A stretch of DNA of 64,000 nucleotides from Priapulus caudatus (lineage: Eukaryota), in NCBI RefSeq assembly GCF_000485595.1, contig NW_014577075.1:99021-163020 (forward strand), given 5' to 3'. Position numbers and translations under genes: made by a program. The notes below the pieces were generated by a model that saw nothing but the letters and a program-made list of their open reading frames with translations, was not told where the DNA came from and searched no databases. Below are positions 24,682 through 37,050 of this stretch, piece by piece. Position 1 is the first letter of the stretch. Each line of letters starts with the position of its first letter.

Positions 24682-27600
24682 GCACACACACACACACTCT
24701 GCGATCAGCAGAGTATCCCGTTGCGCATACATGCGTGTACGTGTCACAAGATAGATCACTGTGTGAGATGGATGTTCGGACACGTAGCCATGTCGTACCC
24801 AAACTTGGAATCTGCACAATCTCGAGATTGTGCAGCGATTGTGCTGCCCAAACTGCGGATTCCCTAGTTTGGCTGACCAATCTCAAGATTGGGCAAACTG
24901 AAAACAGTCGGTGATTCAACAACCGCTCATAGCGAGTGTGTGGCGTGCATGGTGCAAACTAGGAAGAGATTTATCTCATATTTATCCAATTATTTATTAT
25001 AATTATTTAATATTTATACAAAGGTGCCAAACACATTGAGGAAAGAAGGTATACAACCTTATAGTTATGATATAACATTTGAAATCCTAATACTCATATG
25101 TTTGTGCAAGCCCTGTTTACCTCTGTTTGCCCAATCTCAAGATTGGTTGCCCAAACTGCAGATGCGCTGAAATTCCAAGTTTGTGCAAGATTCCAAGTTT
25201 GGGCACAACAGCCACGGCCTAAAATGATTGATGATAAATAAACATATAATAATGCGGGGATTTGGAACTGTTTGAGAGGCTACATAATAATTTCTACGTA
25301 TACATAGCTGCCCATGGGTCCGATCTATCAAATAAAGTGGGTATTGAAATTTCGACCGAAACTCGCCTCCCAACCCTAACAGTATCCTTGACAAATTACA
25401 TGTAAGGCTGGTACATAATAAATTTTCAGATAAAGCAAAGCCATTGATTATTGTATTTCACTATTTATTAATAATAATATTACCACCTATCTAAGTCGTA
25501 ATATTAATGTCAATTTGTTCTCTATTACCTAATAATTCCACTTAAAAATCGTTTAAATGCGCCTCACAAACATTAACACGTTATCTCCCAACACGCACGA
25601 TATTTTGACAAATGGGGTGGTCAATCTCTAAGCAGTCGAAACGGAAAAAAGTTTAATGTTGATAATGTGAGTTGTGACAACATTATACGCACTGTGCACA
25701 ATGCAGTTAATAGAGGTTTAAAGATTACAGCATGTATCGGAATAAGTTTCATTGTGGTTTTAAGTTTAAATTTCAATTCACAAATATATTTCAAGTGTTA
25801 ATTAAGGTACATGAGTAATAGTGCAATTACTGTTGTTGAGAATATATATAATACTTCGGTTGTACATGAACCAATGCCTTTCATTTTCTTCTTGTATCAC
25901 AGCTTGCAACAAGAAGCTGCAGATGAATTTAAACTGTTGACCAAGACTATATATGACTTTACAAAGTGCAACGAGGCATCTGTGAATAAAGGCACCGATG
26001 CTAGTGAAGCTCTTCCCGAGTTGATCGTAGACAATTTTGACGATGAACAAGTCTGGCAGGAGGTCGAACTTCAGAACCAGGCACGCATCAGCCGGCTGCT
26101 AAAAGATGTTGCCAGAGTGCGTGCGATACCTGGTGACCTGACCCTCGGTGTTGGTGGCAACGACAGTGAAACTCGCCCATCTGCCACTCATCTGACGTCG
26201 AGTGAGACATTAGAGCCAGATGACGATGCTGACTCGGACAGTGCATCATCTGACAATGGCAGCAAAGGTTCCAGCGTCGTGGACAAGCTTGAGCCACCGA
26301 CAAAGCAGAGCAGCGGCCAAATAGAAAGCGGCTCTGATTCAGAGATCGACTTTGACTTTGATTTACTACGAGACGATTTCGAGACCTCGGAAAAGGATGC
26401 TGCGAGCGACGATGGTGAGGCAGGCGCTTCTGATCCGGGATCAGAGGAGGAAGAGGAACCAGGCCTGCGTCCCAGCAAGCGGACAGGTCGAACAATCGTC
26501 GATGATGCCTTCTTCAGTTTGGCAGAAATGGAGGAATTTCTCGAAGAGGAGGACCGAAAAGAGATGAGAAGGTCACAGGGAGGGTCGGCTTCCAAAGATG
26601 ATGACGAGGACGTAGACATGTTCCAAGACATTCCATCCAGCGACGATGATGAGGAGGTTGGTACTTTCTTGCAGTTTCTTCTAATTTCATCAGATTTTTT
26701 TCTATATGACATATTAAAATCTCTATATACATGTATAGGGTTAGGCTTAGGGTTGGGGATTGTTCTGATCATTTATGCGAGCAAGGCTTTTATGTAACAC
26801 TTGATGCCAATGTACTCCATCAACATTGTATTACATGCATTTGGTTGTTATTTTATCATCTTTTGAATGGAATTGATTATGCTCAAAGCTCTGAATTAAA
26901 GAGGAGATAAGATATAATTTGGAATCAGAGTTGTGAGTTTCGAGAAATGGCGTTTGAAAAATCAGCAACTTCAGCATTTTAACAATGGAGATATTAGCAC
27001 TTTTCTCAATTTTCCATGATTGAACCCCTGTGTTAAGAATTAACCTAATGCGGGGATTTGGAACTGTTTGGGAGGCTACATAATAATTTCTACGTATACA
27101 TAGCTGCCCATGGGTCCGATCTATCAAATAAAGTGGGTATTGAAATTTTGACCGAAACTCACCTCCCAACCCTAACAGTATCCTTAACAAATTACATGTA
27201 AGGCTGGTACATAATAAATTTTCAGATAAAGCAAAGTACTAGAGACTTCAAATATAATGACTTCTTTGCACCACCATGTGGAAGTATTGAGAGAGAAGAA
27301 CAAGAAGAACTGAGAAGTCATGATGAAAGGTAGTAGTCAGCTCAAAATGCTTCAATGGGAATCCCATATATGTGCATTAATTGTGTGCAAAATATTTTCA
27401 GAACATTAAGATTGTTGGGGATACTAATGTAATTAAATATACTTGCAGTTATAAATTATACTCTTGAATCTATTATTCCCACACCAATGTCCGAGTCAAT
27501 TCTGTGAGAATGCTTTTTAAAGAATGCAGCAACTTGGTAATTATAAATTTAGCTTGTGGTTGAGGTTCAAGGTACAATCTTTTTTAGTGATGGCCAAGAG

Positions 27601-30200
27601 CAAGAAATGAAACAAATTGAAGAGGAAGAATCAAGTGAGGGTGAATACGCGGAGGAAATCATGGGTGGAAAACGTAAAGACGAGGAGAAATCAGCATTTC
27701 AGAAACGCCAAGATAGGGTAAGCATTTACTCCTGCATAGCTTCACTTTTACCTTTACCGTGCTAGCTGTCTCAATTTGCATTGTAAGCAGTTACCTCTGC
27801 ATTGCTTCACTCTTTACTTTACAATGCTTGTGGTTTCGTTTTGTACGGTAAACAGTTGCATCTGCACAACTCAACCTTAACTTTACTAGTTATTTTTGGT
27901 TTGCATGATGGGTGATAGTCGTAACAAAACATGAGACTACTGCAGGATAGCCGTCAGTATGATTCTGCACTCATTCTGTGACAGATCAATGAGAGGATAG
28001 CGAAGATGGACGAGGTCAGACTCGCAGAGAAGCCGTGGCAGCTGGCGGGTGAAGTAACAGCATCCAAGCGACCCGAGAACAGCTTGCTGCAGGAGCACGT
28101 TGAGTTTGACCAGACCGTTAAGCCAGGTACACACGAAAGCCGCGTGAATTCACAGGGTCGTCGAAACCGATTCTGGTGATCGGCAAGCGGGAACCACTTG
28201 CATTGTCCGGCCTCACTGATGAGTGAACAGTAAGCGTCGCATATTAACAGGGTTGTATATAGGCCAGGTTTGAGCCAGGTTGCTTATCAGGCACATACAC
28301 AATCCGAATGAAGACTGAATGCAGGTATTTACCCCTATTTTCACAATTAGGTTGTATATTTTTCTACAACGGCCATCGTCTCTTGTCAAAACTGACAAAG
28401 GCACTCAAAATGCTACATTTTTCGCGACACAGCGCCGATCGTAACGGAGGAGGTGACAAAGTCGCTGGAGGAGCTGATCACGCAGCGCGTAAAGGACCAG
28501 GCGTGGGACGACGTCGAGCGGAGGAAGAAGGCGACGACCGATGCGCAGGAGTACAAGAAGAAGGTCATCCTTGACCAGGAGAAGAGCAAGCTCAGCCTCG
28601 GCGAGATCTATGAGCAGGAGTACATCAAGAAGACGCAGGTTCGCTACCGACGCGCGCGAAGCAGCGCGCGTTGTCGTCTTTGTTGTTGTCATTTTTGTGC
28701 CAGTATTTTTACGTTGTGTTATGTATTGCAATTTTTGTGGCACGTGTGTCTGAGTATGTGGTATTTGGTAGGCTGAGAAAGAAGAAGTGGAAGATCCAGA
28801 GCATACCGCGATCAAGAAGATGATGAATGATGTATTCAGCAAACTAGATGCTCTGTCAAACTACCAGTACAATCCGAAGGCGGTAAGGTCACTTTGTTAA
28901 TTTTACTACTAACAGATAATTTTGTGATCAGTTTTAACAACATAATCTTTTAATCCAATGATAATTTTTAGTGTTTTATGCAATTTTTTGTTTTGTTTTC
29001 TTGAGTAATCGTTTTAGTTTTGCAACATTTACGTGTGAAACCTGATTGCCTTTACAGCCTACGCCTGAGATTAAAATAATATCCAACCTACCGTCGATTA
29101 CAATGGAGGATGTAACACCAGCTGCAGTCAGCGATGCCACCCTGCTAGCCCCAGAAGAAATCAAGGTCAGCTGTGCTAAATCAAACCTCAAACACGATCA
29201 TTCTCTGTAGGATTAAAAATTCCCAGACAAATTTGCCAATCACAACTAGTATACCCTTGTATTAATGTGATAATTTTTATATACGTCACTAGGAGGTGCC
29301 ACCTGCACTCTACATATTACGTTTTTTACGTTGACTTTATGACAGGTACCATATCAGGCCATATATCACATAAAACAGATCAGCTGTTTGGCTTGAACAT
29401 GAATTGGGAAAAATGGCAAAATAATATTTTACGAAAGTCTAGCTTTAAGTTATTAGCCGTGTGCATGCATTGAAATTGTTGTGCTTGATTGTCATATAAC
29501 AGCAATGGAAGGTAAAATGAACTAATTTGATTCAAGTTTCTGAGTTTTATGGAATTATTGTTTATATATTATCCCGTGTTGTCACCTATTATGTGTGCAA
29601 TTTCAGGAGAAATCTGGGAAAGAAGTGAAAAACTCCTCAGAGAAGACGGTAACTGATCGTAAGAGAGAACGCCGAGAGAAGAAGGCGCGTAAGCGCGCAC
29701 GCCGCGTGGAGAAGGAGAAACGGGAGAAACTCGTATCAAAGCTCCAACCAGGCCTTGGCAACAAGTTCTCTAAGGATAAGGCACTCAAAGCACTAGCACA
29801 GGAGGGTGACAAGACCACCATTGTAAAGGTAATTATGTGTTTTTTATTTGTTTGAATTTGTCATGTGAATACATCTTTTCGAACATGGTAAAATGTAGAG
29901 GTTTTGACCCACTGTGATGGATAGTCACTGACAACAGTATTTGAATGGTCTTAGCCATGCATAAAGACCATGATGTTATATCTAGTGAACATCGGTTTAA
30001 TTATTTTGCATCAATTAAATTTGTGTATGAACAATTTACTCTTATAGGACACAGGCAGGAGAAAACAAGTTGAATTCAAATCTTCAAAGGCATTCTTTAG
30101 TAAGCTGCAAGACGAAGTTACTTCTCATGTAATAGGTCACAAAGTGAAGAGCAAAAGTAAAGAAAAGAAGACGGTATCTGCAAGTAAATTAAAACTTTAG
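23995..30200 (+). CDS. MPHOSPH10: U3 snoRNP protein MPP10 (M-phase phosphoprotein 10), complete 10-exon CDS
   Basis: Exons 23995-24086, 25903-26656, 27226-27329, 27588-27717, 27985-28126, 28433-28638, 28772-28882, 29058-29165, 29607-29828 and 30048-30200, all GT-AG and phase-consistent. Motifs: [47 protein letters not shown]...[47 protein letters not shown]...[21 protein letters not shown]. Confidence 0.97.
24791..25210. mobile_element. MITE with TGT...ACA termini and 4-bp TSD (Ginger-like signature)
   Basis: TIR TGTCGTACCCAAACTTGGAATCT / AGATTCCAAGTTTGGGCACAACA; GCCA on both flanks. Confidence 0.7.
25250..25440 (+). repeat. ~190-bp copy of MPP10 27046-27236 (intron 2 end plus first 11 nt of exon 3)
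   Basis: Near-identical sequence, also seen as the paired ORFs 25137..25394 and 26831..27190. Confidence 0.9.
25903..26656 (+). CDS. MPHOSPH10: MPP10 exon 2
   Basis: CACAG acceptor; [22 protein letters not shown], acidic tract, [28 protein letters not shown] donor. Confidence 0.93.
27226..27329 (+). CDS. MPHOSPH10: MPP10 exon 3
   Basis: [17 protein letters not shown]...; TTCAG acceptor, AG|GTAGTA donor. Confidence 0.85.
27588..27717 (+). CDS. MPHOSPH10: MPP10 exon 4
   Basis: ...[17 protein letters not shown] acceptor, AGG|GTAAGC donor. Confidence 0.85.
27985..28126 (+). CDS. MPHOSPH10: MPP10 exon 5
   Basis: [47 protein letters not shown]. Confidence 0.93.
28433..28638 (+). CDS. MPHOSPH10: MPP10 exon 6
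   Basis: [30 protein letters not shown]...[23 protein letters not shown]. Confidence 0.93.
28772..28882 (+). CDS. MPHOSPH10: MPP10 exon 7
   Basis: [43 protein letters not shown] donor. Confidence 0.92.
29058..29165 (+). CDS. MPHOSPH10: MPP10 exon 8
   Basis: [36 protein letters not shown]. Confidence 0.93.
29607..29828 (+). CDS. MPHOSPH10: MPP10 exon 9
   Basis: [19 protein letters not shown]...[14 protein letters not shown]. Confidence 0.92.
30048..30200 (+). CDS. MPHOSPH10: MPP10 last exon
   Basis: ...[15 protein letters not shown]...SASKLKL*; TAG stop at 30198-30200. Confidence 0.92.
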   Translation, partial: DTGRRKQVEFKSSKAFFSKLQDEVTSHVIGHKVKSKSKEKKTVSASKLKL

Positions 30201-31602
30201 TACCTTTTATTTGCTGATATTTAGTAACACACCAAGTATGTTTTCCTATTAATAATATCATGAACATATGTGTAATAGTATACATGTTTATTATAAATAT
30301 CAATAGAATTGCACTGGCAGACTGGTTATACAAAAAGTTAGAAATATTGTAGTAAATTAGTGGCTGAAATTAATAAAAATACTATACAAGACATTTTGTA
30401 CAAAAAGGTTTTGATTTTTAATCATGATGTCATGCCTTTTATAGCTACCTTGTATGACATATTCTGGATTGAAATATGCTTTAAGTCAGGGTCATGTAGC
30501 ATTTTATCCCTTTGAAACCAGTAATTGCAAATTCCAAGTGAAATGAAAAATGGTTTGCCGTAACAACGTTCAGCACTCATTCAAACGAAGTTTCTGCATA
30601 GATAAGGGGCACCAATCATACAATATCTGGGTAATGGAGAATGCTGATATATGATGTAAACACTCGCAGTGTGCGCTAATGAACTGGTTTCGCTGGCGTT
30701 TTCTGGAACTTGGCTCTACCACTGTTAGGGTTAGGGTTAGGGTTATGTAGTTTATGTGTGTCTGTTATGTAGCCCCTTCGCTGCTACAGGGTAGCGAAGG
30801 CTCAAGGCTCAAGGAGAGCGATCTGGCTCCAAGCCTGTACATAAAGATGTTGACCACCTGCAGGATTAGGAATGTACCAGCACCACATTTCTGGCCCTTT
30901 AAAGTACATGTTGATCCACGCCAGCACTTTCGCATGCATGCATCCGCTGAGTTCCGAATAAAACCATAGTTATACTACAAGTCGCAGCCTTTGATTGCTA
31001 TGTAAGCCTAAGGTAATGTTTGAACAGACATGCTGGATACATGAAACTGCGTTTTCTGCCAAATTTGGCTGCGCAAGGGCTTGATTCCGCTTTAAAATGA
31101 TTTAAAAATAGGAAATAATGATAGCACTTTAGTGGGCATCCTTGTATTGCTCACATACAATACATGAGAGGCAGTGTGGTCGACAGTTATGGTTGTGATT
31201 TTCAAATATTGACTTGGTCAATTTATCTGTGTGCATATCTGGCCAATAGTTTGAAAACCCAGAGTCATGACCTCTTAATAAACACCAGCAGGTCTAAATA
31301 ATAAGATATGATGAAATCGACAGATCACCACTGAAATCGACACTGTATGGTGCTGCCGTCTCGCGCGTAAATTGACGACGGTGCTGCCTCTATTATAGAA
31401 TTCGTTCACAATTTTACCAATAGATGTCATCTCTATTTAAATCACTTCGGTATTTTCCGGCGCGGACGGTACCTGCATCATCAAAGATTTCGTGTTTGTG
31501 GCTGAGTGCGGTTGAATGTCAACATCAGCGGCTCGGTCCGAATTTGTTGAGTTCGAGACAGTCACTGCATTAGCCTGAGCAGGAAACCAACAGAAACCGC
31601 CG

Positions 31603-31638
31603 ATGGAACAGACGGAAAGTAGCCTGGACGGCAGCATG
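31603..31638 (+). CDS. Possible short first coding exon of an unidentified gene (MEQTESSLDGSM)
   Basis: Strong Kozak context CCGCCGATGG, 12 open codons, then ATG|GTAAGG donor; preceded by a CpG-richer stretch. No downstream exons identified. Confidence 0.3.
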
Positions 31639-31983
31639 GTAAGGACTAGGAGTAACTGAAACTTAATTGGCAACTAGCAATTTTGGTCGCATTGTAACAC
31701 ATAAGCCCACTTCAAAACTTTATGACCTAACTAAAGTAACTTTGTTTCGTTGCGTATGCCCATTGTTGCTGCAATGCTGGCTTGTCGTCCCACTTTTGTA
31801 CAGCTGGACATTATTTGTGCATAGCAGTTGAATTTCTACATCTGTTACGTAGCGTTTGGTACTACACCAGTTGCTACATCGGAGTGTGTACTCCAACTAG
31901 ACGTTACGAGCGTGGTTACACAACGTTTAGTGTTTCAATCGTTTGCACTATTCCCACTATTACACTAAGTGACTAACACTAAC

Positions 31984-32541
31984 GCAGAAGGGGTCGCTGT
32001 CGTATCAGGTACTACAGATGGGGGCAGCCCTATAGACCGAAGGTCCGATAGACCGAATATTGCAAAGGGTTAGGGTTAGGGTTGGGGCATATATATGCCA
32101 TGGTTTATAGTGGCATCATATGATTTATAGTGGCATCGGTGGATGTGCGGCATATTCACGTTCGAATACGGCATCAGTGGATGTCTGGATGCGTAGCCTG
32201 GAGGCTAGGTGACCGATTCCGGACGTGTAGCCGGGGTGTAGCCAATGCGTATTCGAATATACCTTCGGTCTATCGGACCTTCGGTCTATCGGACCTTCGG
32301 TCTATAGGGCTATAACCCTACAGATATGTACCCGAGGTAGTTTTACGTTGTTTAGTATATTATGTTTATATTTTTATATGAGGTATGTTTAGGGTTATAG
32401 TGTTAGGGTTAGGGGTATAGGGTTAGGGCTAGGGTTAGGGTTAGGGTACACTTCTGTAGTACAAGTCTGGTACACTGTGTATACATATATGTACCTCGGG
32501 TACATATCTGTAGTACCTGATACGACAACGACCCCTTCAGC
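31984..32541. mobile_element. MITE with 9-bp TSD (Mutator-like signature), hosting a nested MITE
   Basis: TIR GCAGAAGGGGTCGCTGTCGTATCAGGTACTACAGAT / ATCTGTAGTACCTGATACGACAACGACCCCTTCAGC; TSD AACACTAAC; TTAGGG tract at 32388-32446. Confidence 0.85.
32020..32318. mobile_element. Nested MITE with TTAGGG tract
   Basis: TIR AGCCCTATAGACCGAAGGTCCGATAGACCGAA and its reverse complement; TSD (C)TACAGAT. Confidence 0.85.
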
Positions 32542-34037
32542 AACACTAACAGTAGTAACTCGGCCCTGGGTATAAGTTCGGAAAACTTCAGGTTAGTCAC
32601 GTGTACTCATACTCATAGTCATACCAAGGCCGGATTTTTTATCATCGGGAATTAGAAGTTTCACCGTACACGTACATCATTAAAAGTAGTGAGCCTCCGT
32701 GTTGACAAAATGTATGTGCAGTCATTTGTGGCTATTTTTAAATTTGTGATATTTCTATTTTTTATGTGAGGCAATTATGGTCAACTCATGATGAAGTAAC
32801 CATTTGCACTGTTAATACGATTTTTCTATTTTTGAATTCAGCGAATTGTAACTGAATTATTACTTCATTGAAAGTAATATAAATAATTCATCCTTATCCA
32901 TTCACGATAAATTCACTTGTTAGTTTTCACACTGTGCAACTGCGGTGCATAATAACCACCACATGGCGCTGTTACCTTGCCTTCATGCTTCTCTATAGTA
33001 CATATACAGTGTACCAGGACTTGCTTATAGATCCCAGGGACCTAGCCTGCAATGCAAGGCCACAGTAGGAGTTTGGTTATGTGACACCTCTAGTCGTATA
33101 GTTCCTTCCAATGTCAGCTCGACTGATATGATTCTGCTACATAGTACAATTTACGATGAAGGCACGAGAGTTTAGTTGTCGGGGGACAGAAGATAATGTA
33201 TTATAATGACTGTACATAGTACTGGTCCGTACTAGGGTTTAATGTGAGAGCACTCGCGTGAATTTTCGTGTGGGTGTAGACAGTGCATCACAATTCTGCG
33301 CAGAATTCCCCTAGGGCGAACCGCGCTTAAACCTGCACCGGTTGTTGATTCTGAATGCGCAGTCGCTATCGCGAAATATAGCCGTTCTCAAGTGTACACT
33401 GCTCTGCCTAATTGTAACTGAAACTTACCGGACGCCCACTGTATTCACATTGACCCTGAGGTATTGTTAGATGCTGGCAGTCAACCTATACTGATGGGCA
33501 TCAAGTATGACCCTTTAAGAAGCTATTGTACTTATACAGCTCTGTACTGTATAACTGGAGCATAATGTAGGATAGTCAGTGAGGCCACAATTATTGTGTA
33601 TCTCTGCGTGTATCTATTACACACTGACTAGGAATATGTAACAAGGCTCGAGAGATCTATCGAGAGTATGCTGATTCGCTGAATACTGGCACAGCCCTAT
33701 ATGTAAGATGTCCATTTTTTTCTTGAAAGCATAGTTGTTAGGAAGAGTGTAAGAAATTAAAATATTGCAAGACGCCTTTTTTCACATGTGTTTTTTTATA
33801 TATCAAATTCCATCGGGTATTATCGACACAAGTTGGTTGTTACACTTGTTATAAGGGCCAAGAAACTGGAAAGTTTAGATGAAGAAGAGATCGGTGGCTA
33901 ATTAGTATTAGTGAACGTCATGTCCAGCATTTTCGCCCCTCCCCCATTACCATTGTCTTCCCCCATCACAGAGTGTTTTCACCCATCACCCATATCTTAT
34001 ATCTCAATCATCACCCATGTTTCCCCATCATCTACGT

Positions 34038-34113
34038 CTTCCCCTTCACCCATCGTCCATGTCCTCCCCTTCACCCATCGTCCATGTCCTCCCCTTCACC
34101 CATCGTCCATGTC
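34038..34113. repeat. 25-bp minisatellite running into a gap
   Basis: TCCCCTTCACCCATCGTCCATGTCC x3. Confidence 0.85.
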
Positions 34114-34719
34114 NNNNNNNNNNNNNNNNNNNNNNNNNNNNNNNNNNNNNNNNNNNNNNNNNNNNNNNNNNNNNNNNNNNNNNNNNNNNNNNNNNNNNNN
34201 NNNNNNNNNNNNNNNNNNNNNNNNNNNNNNNNNNNNNNNNNNNNNNNNNNNNNNNNNNNNNNNNNNNNNNNNNNNNNNNNNNNNNNNNNNNNNNNNNNNN
34301 NNNNNNNNNNNNNNNNNNNNNNNNNNNNNNNNNNNNNNNNNNNNNNNNNNNNNNNNNNNNNNNNNNNNNNNNNNNNNNNNNNNNNNNNNNNNNNNNNNNN
34401 NNNNNNNNNNNNNNNNNNNNNNNNNNNNNNNNNNNNNNNNNNNNNNNNNNNNNNNNNNNNNNNNNNNNNNNNNNNNNNNNNNNNNNNNNNNNNNNNNNNN
34501 NNNNNNNNNNNNNNNNNNNNNNNNNNNNNNNNNNNNNNNNNNNNNNNNNNNNNNNNNNNNNNNNNNNNNNNNNNNNNNNNNNNNNNNNNNNNNNNNNNNN
34601 NNNNNNNNNNNNNNNNNNNNNNNNNNNNNNNNNNNNNNNNNNNNNNNNNNNNNNNNNNNNNNNNNNNNNNNNNNNNNNNNNNNNNNNNNNNNNNNNNNNN
34701 NNNNNNNNNNNNNNNNNNN

Positions 34720-34759
<40 letters not shown>

Positions 34760-34763
<4 letters not shown>

Positions 34764-35611
34764 TGTCTCACTCGTCGCCAGCATCCCTCGTGGCAGGATT
34801 ACATCCACGCCCCTCCCACATGCACACCCCGCTGCGTGAGTGCACGGTAGTGCATGGCCACGCACGAGAGCTCTGCCGTCCATATATATATATATATATG
34901 AAATATTGTAAAAAATATTCGACACGGATAAAAATTTGTAGGGAGGTGCCATGAAATGGAATGCAATTGTGGCCACAGGAAGGTGTCAGGGAATGGTGAG
35001 TGGACCTGAGTCTTGATGAGGTGTCAAATTCAAATATAGTTCGCACAGTTTCGAGTTTTCGGCAATGCAGTGAGCTTTCGGTGATCCTGTTAGCTATTTG
35101 GGGCATGGTATTTCATGAGGCTAGGTGTAAGGATGCCATGTATCTGCCACCAAAATCACTGGAAATTACCGCCAACGCACATATGGTGTAATACCCCCAA
35201 TAATGTTCTATACTCCTCCATACATTTCTAGTATAACACATCTATAATTATGCATGTGCAGTTCTGAATCTTATAAACAGCTCGACGGCAGATAAGTATA
35301 GAACTGTTATATTATATGGATGTGCATGAAGGTGTAGATAATTATTTATAGTCATGGCACATGTCTATAACAGTTCTATACTTATCTAATGTTGCATGTG
35401 TGACGTCGTATTTTTATGTCTTCAACGACTGTATACGTCATGACACATGTCTATAACAGTTTTATCCTTCTTAATACGTGCTTATAACAGTTCTATCCTT
35501 CACGGCACACCTTTATAACAGCTTTATACTTTATCACACATGTCTGTCACAGTACTATATACTTCATGACACTTGCCTATAACAGTTCTCCTCTTCGTGG
35601 CATATCTCTGT

Positions 35612-35675
<64 letters not shown>

Positions 35676-36135
35676 TATAGGCCTATATAATATTTTATAT
35701 ATATATATAGATGCTGTTCGTACCCTTGGCACGTGTACATGCAGTAATAACGCTACGTTATACAATGATGAATCCATGTTTGGTCAGTAATGTGCCCACG
35801 CTGCGTAATGTACCCCCCCCAAAAAACCAGCTTCTGTTCCGCGATATGTAATTGACACGTGCGTGAAATCCCGTGCTCACGCTCTATTCTTCCGTGATAT
35901 CAAGAGTGCATAATAGAGATTCTATTAGAGATTCTAATAATAGATCTCTATTATGCACTCTTCGTGGTCCTGGCTGCATATCTTATAACAGATTTTGATT
36001 TTCGGCTTTGCGACGGTCGTCACGTCTGTCGCGTACGACTGTGACAAGCGCCCGTATACCTCGGGTGCTTTCTCTGCCCATTGTTTTGCCGGGAGAGAAG
36101 GCGAGGCACCCTCTCTCTCTCTCTCTTTCTCTCTC

Positions 36136-36199
<64 letters not shown>

Positions 36200-36981
36200 T
36201 GTGTGTGTGTGTACTGTGTAGGTCAGGGGTAGAGTAAACCTGAATTAGCGGCCTATTCACGCCGATCTACAAGCAATCACATGATAGCTTACAGTGTTGT
36301 CGAGCTGGCTTGTCGTTGCTGCTGTCGACCAGTTTCTTGATGGGAGAGCAGCGTTGTTCACGCGTCTACACCAGTTAAGTACGCGCGTGTGTATTAATGG
36401 ATGCTATTATATAGCACGCATCGATCAGTTCGCTATCCAGGAAATTTTTCTCTCGATGTAATACATTGATTGCAAGAGATTCACATTGGCCACTGGTCAC
36501 ATTTTGTTGTTTGTGAGGCCCTGGTTGAATTGCGGAACTTATTTTGAAGAAATTAATTGTTTCAAATAGTATTAATAATTGAATATTTAAAATAAGATAA
36601 TTCTAAATAATCACTTTTTTGTAACGGAATAAGGGCGATTTAAAAATGGCGGGTAGCAACGGTTCACAAGCAAAACAAAAACTGTACAGTGTACACACAC
36701 ACGCGTGCGTACATACGAGTGTCGCAAATTCATGCATTACATACAGACTGTATGTAATGCCTGATTGATAACTAAATAATCTCGTAATTTGATATTATTT
36801 TATTAGTATTATTATTATTATTAAATCTTTATTGAATGTAATTCAAATACAAACACATGTACTGAAGACAGTCTTTTTCACGGCGAAAAAATCTAGTAGA
36901 TGCAATAGTGTTGAGCAGTTAAAATAATAAAATTTCTGATTTACCTCCCGATGTACGTGGCATACCCTTATTTCTGCCAGT

Positions 36982-37050
<69 letters not shown>

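Noticed and set aside
28150..28230. Type II hammerhead (GAAA...CTGATGAG) in the MPP10 intron
   Set aside because: No pairing for stem II, no NUH triplet after stem III, and extra bases before the CUGAUGA box.
29980..29990. rRNA/tRNA genes, including a short AGCCATGCAT match to 18S near 29953 in this intron
   Set aside because: Only a ~10-nt match; no rRNA or tRNA structure was recognised anywhere in the window.
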